26,954 bases of DNA from a virus. A program made the position numbers and the translations under genes. The notes beneath the pieces were generated by a model, which ran no database searches, was not told where the DNA came from, and saw nothing but the letters and a program-made list of their open reading frames with translations. Location of the stretch: IMG/VR virus record IMGVR_UViG_3300024518_000876, positions 1 to 26,954 of that record; one strand, given 5' to 3'. This document shows, one piece after another, positions 24,539 through 26,954 of the stretch (position 1 is its first letter; each line of letters starts with the position of its first letter).

Positions 24539-25189
24539 TTAATTTAATTTATTTTTTAATTTTTTTAATTCATGGCTATCACACTTAAAAAAGTGCATAA
24601 CGCCTATGTTTTGATTGCACTTATTAAACTTAACATACTTTTTAAACTCTTCTAAAGTCCTTTCTTCTACATGAGAAGGCTTTAATGCAATATGATGATT
24701 ATTCCAGTATCCATTTGGTAAAGTTTTCCATGCTTTACAAAATTCAGGTAAAAGCGTTGATTTAGGTACACTACCTTTTTTAAATTTACCATTAGGAACT
24801 AAAGATTTAAATAATTTTAAAGTAGCAGTTAATATAGAAGGTGCTCCTTCCCATAAAAGCCTAACTAATGTACAAACTATTAAATCAGCGCTTCTGTCTC
24901 GTAAACTTTCAAACATAAAAGTATCATCAGTTAACACATACTTTAAATCAAACATTTCACCTAAATAAGTCAACCATGCTTTTTGCCATAATTCAGTTTC
25001 TTCGCACTTTACTTCTTTTATTATAATATATTTTAATCTTTTTTTAGAAGTAATAGGTAAATGCTTTTGCTCATCATATACATTGTTTAAACCACTAAAA
25101 CAAATCGTATGTGTACCATCTTGAATTGTTTTTAAGTTACTATCTAGAAGCACATAACTTGTACTATTGTTTGAACTATATTTTCTCAT
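24539..25189 (-). CDS. Hypothetical protein
   Basis: 216-aa ORF, tightly packed with neighbours. Confidence 0.8.
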   Translation of the reverse strand: MRKYSSNNSTSYVLLDSNLKTIQDGTHTICFSGLNNVYDEQKHLPITSKKRLKYIIIKEVKCEETELWQKAWLTYLGEMFDLKYVLTDDTFMFESLRDRSADLIVCTLVRLLWEGAPSILTATLKLFKSLVPNGKFKKGSVPKSTLLPEFCKAWKTLPNGYWNNHHIALKPSHVEERTLEEFKKYVKFNKCNQNIGVMHFFKCDSHELKKLKNKLN

Positions 25190-25190
25190 A

Positions 25191-25490
25191 TTATAAATTT
25201 TTAATAAACATTTTTAAATCACCTGTATTTGGATAACCTTTTCTTCTTTCAAATTGATGTTTATTTTTAAACCCTAATTTTTCAAGATTACTCTCTAATA
25301 TATTTTCACCTGGAGAAACAATTACAAAAACTGCAGTTTGACCTCCGCCTGTAGTGATCCCTACTTCAGTATTTTCTTCTTTTTGTTTAGTTAATACTCT
25401 AATAGCACTTTTTAAGTGCTGTAAAGGTGTGTCATTACTCACACCATTAATTTGACACATTGCGCAGCACGCTGTAGTTGTTTTTTCCAT
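25191..25490 (-). CDS. Hypothetical protein (N-terminal CCAMC)
   Basis: 99-aa ORF, tightly packed; LEKLGFK motif is weakly GNAT-like. Confidence 0.75.
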   Translation of the reverse strand: MEKTTTACCAMCQINGVSNDTPLQHLKSAIRVLTKQKEENTEVGITTGGGQTAVFVIVSPGENILESNLEKLGFKNKHQFERRKGYPNTGDLKMFIKNL

Positions 25491-25507
25491 TATTTATTTA
25501 TTTTTAA

Positions 25508-26437
25508 TTATTTATTATACGCTAACATTTCAGCAGGTATTCTTGGGTATGATTTGTAATTAAATAATTCAAAATCTAATATGTCTAAATCATTTATAGT
25601 ATCATTTAAAGATTTACCTTTATTATAATGATATTCTATATTAGAATTACAAACTAATTCACATTCTCTATACATATCAACATCTCTACTCAACTGCTCT
25701 TTAACAGCATCTAAATGAGGTTCATATATGTGTACATTACTTAAATCTCCAATTATACCTTTAGGTTTCATATTAGTTAACTTACCAATAATCTGTGCTA
25801 ATAATGCATAAGAAGCTATGTTAAAAGGTAAACCTAAAAAAGTATCTACACTTCTTTGATGCCATTTGATAGTGAATTGGTATTCTGGTTTTTTTAAACC
25901 TAAGTTTGAAGATTCATTATACCTTTTATTTTGATAGATAGGCTCAACCAATATTTCAAAACTCCAATGACAAGGTGGTAAAGCCATATCATTTAATTCT
26001 GCAGGATTCCAAGCAGTTACTATATGTCTAGTTCCCATTGGGTTTTCTTTTAACCCTTTGATAAGATTTGATATTTGGTCTAAGCCTTTTATCGAGTAAG
26101 GTCTATTAAAGTCTCTCCATTGAGCACCATATACTCTACCTAAATCTCCATCTTTATCATAATTAATAGCATCTTTATCCCATATATGAATATTATTATC
26201 TGTTAAATATTTAATGTTTGTATCACCTCTTAAAAACCAAAGCAGCTCTCCTACGACACCTTTCCAATACAATTTCTTTGTAGTAATTGCAGGAAAACCA
26301 TCTATAAAGTCATGCTTAATTGTATAACTTGGTATTTGTATTCTCTGTACTCCTTTTCTGTTGGGGTCTTCGTACTTTGTACCCTTCTTTAGTATCTTAC
26401 GCAGTAGCTTGTGATACTTCTTGTCTATTTTGCTCAT
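25508..26437 (-). CDS. thyA: Thymidylate synthase ThyA
   Basis: TTKK, ELLWFL, LGRVYGAQWR, AWNP, ALPPCH, QRSVDTFLGLPFNIASY, HIY. Confidence 0.97.
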   Translation of the reverse strand: MSKIDKKYHKLLRKILKKGTKYEDPNRKGVQRIQIPSYTIKHDFIDGFPAITTKKLYWKGVVGELLWFLRGDTNIKYLTDNNIHIWDKDAINYDKDGDLGRVYGAQWRDFNRPYSIKGLDQISNLIKGLKENPMGTRHIVTAWNPAELNDMALPPCHWSFEILVEPIYQNKRYNESSNLGLKKPEYQFTIKWHQRSVDTFLGLPFNIASYALLAQIIGKLTNMKPKGIIGDLSNVHIYEPHLDAVKEQLSRDVDMYRECELVCNSNIEYHYNKGKSLNDTINDLDILDFELFNYKSYPRIPAEMLAYNK

Positions 26438-26954
26438 CTACAGGATTTAATAAATTATTAATCATACTAATTGCTAATGGGCAGTTAAACTCTTCTGGGT
26501 GATACTGAAATCCTACAACAGGTAAAGTCTTATGGGTAAATACTTCTACAAAACTAACATACTCTTTAGCTTTTTTACCTTGTCCTGTTGAAATAGTAGT
26601 TAGAAACTCAGGTTGTAATAAACTATTACAGCCTTGAAATACTTTTGTACCTCCTACTTTTACTAAATCTTTACCTAATACTTTTACTGCCTGGTGATGG
26701 ATAGTATTAATTTTAAATTCTCCACCTCCTACTGTGTACAGTGTTTGATCTGTTGCTGTTCTATCACTTCCTTGAGTGTGCCCTGTAACGTGTTGATATA
26801 AACTACCACCAAACATTACATTTAAAGATTGCATTCCTCTACAAATCCCTACAACAGGTTTTTTAGCCTCTATAAATTTAGGTGCTAACATAGCATCCAT
26901 ATACTCGTAATGAGCATTAGATCTACCTGTTTTTGGATGAGGTGCTTCTCCATA
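26397..26954 (-). CDS. Second class I GATase / peptidase C26, 5' end outside the window
   Basis: Frame stays open to the edge (YGEAPHPKTGRSNAHYEYMD..); GICRGMQ.LNV..GGSLYQ, IHHQAV, FQYHPEE. Confidence 0.88.
   Translation of the reverse strand, partial: YGEAPHPKTGRSNAHYEYMDAMLAPKFIEAKKPVVGICRGMQSLNVMFGGSLYQHVTGHTQGSDRTATDQTLYTVGGGEFKINTIHHQAVKVLGKDLVKVGGTKVFQGCNSLLQPEFLTTISTGQGKKAKEYVSFVEVFTHKTLPVVGFQYHPEEFNCPLAISMINNLLNPVDEQNRQEVSQATA

Noticed and set aside
25508-26437. ThyA as a dNMP hydroxymethylase for hypermodified DNA
   Set aside because: Canonical PPCH and QRS.D..LGLPFN motifs; no modified-nucleotide kinase or transferase is visible in the window.
250-26502. All plus-strand ORFs in the track (e.g. 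250..513, 6321..6665, 24264..24542)
   Set aside because: Short antisense shadows of well-supported minus-strand genes, with no recognisable motifs.
1-26954. Stop-codon reassignment, tRNAs, introns or inteins
   Set aside because: Genes are full length and densely packed under the standard code; conserved enzymes are uninterrupted; no cloverleaf was noticed in the short intergenic gaps.

Overview
AT-rich tailed-phage DNA with every credible gene on the minus strand; gene content and weak Shine-Dalgarno usage suggest a Bacteroidota (Flavobacteriia-like) host (inference). Left (1-4300): morphogenesis genes, i.e. PBSX-type terminase large subunit, probable small subunit and putative tail/neck genes. 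One of these has a T10 slippery run and a second open -1 frame, consistent with programmed frameshifting. Middle (4300-6700): small ORFs separated by 8-9 imperfect palindromes of the form ..AAC-A..GTATA..loop..TATAC..C-GTT.. that resemble integron attC sites. Each gene-bearing unit is bounded by its own matching inverted repeat, and some genes lie inside or read through the hairpins. No integrase is in the window; this cassette array is the most unusual feature. Right (6750-26954): SF2 helicase, NrdA/NrdB, dUTPase, PD-(D/E)xK nuclease, RusA-like resolvase, spore-photoproduct-lyase-like radical SAM enzyme, a UDG-fold protein lacking the usual catalytic residues, a phiEco32-type amide-bond cluster (GGCT, ATP-grasp, class I GATase, COOH-NH2 ligase, class II GATase, amidoligase), primase, SSB-like protein, Sak4-like ATPase, ThyA and a second class I GATase cut by the window edge. 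All calls come from motif recognition by eye; no searches were run.
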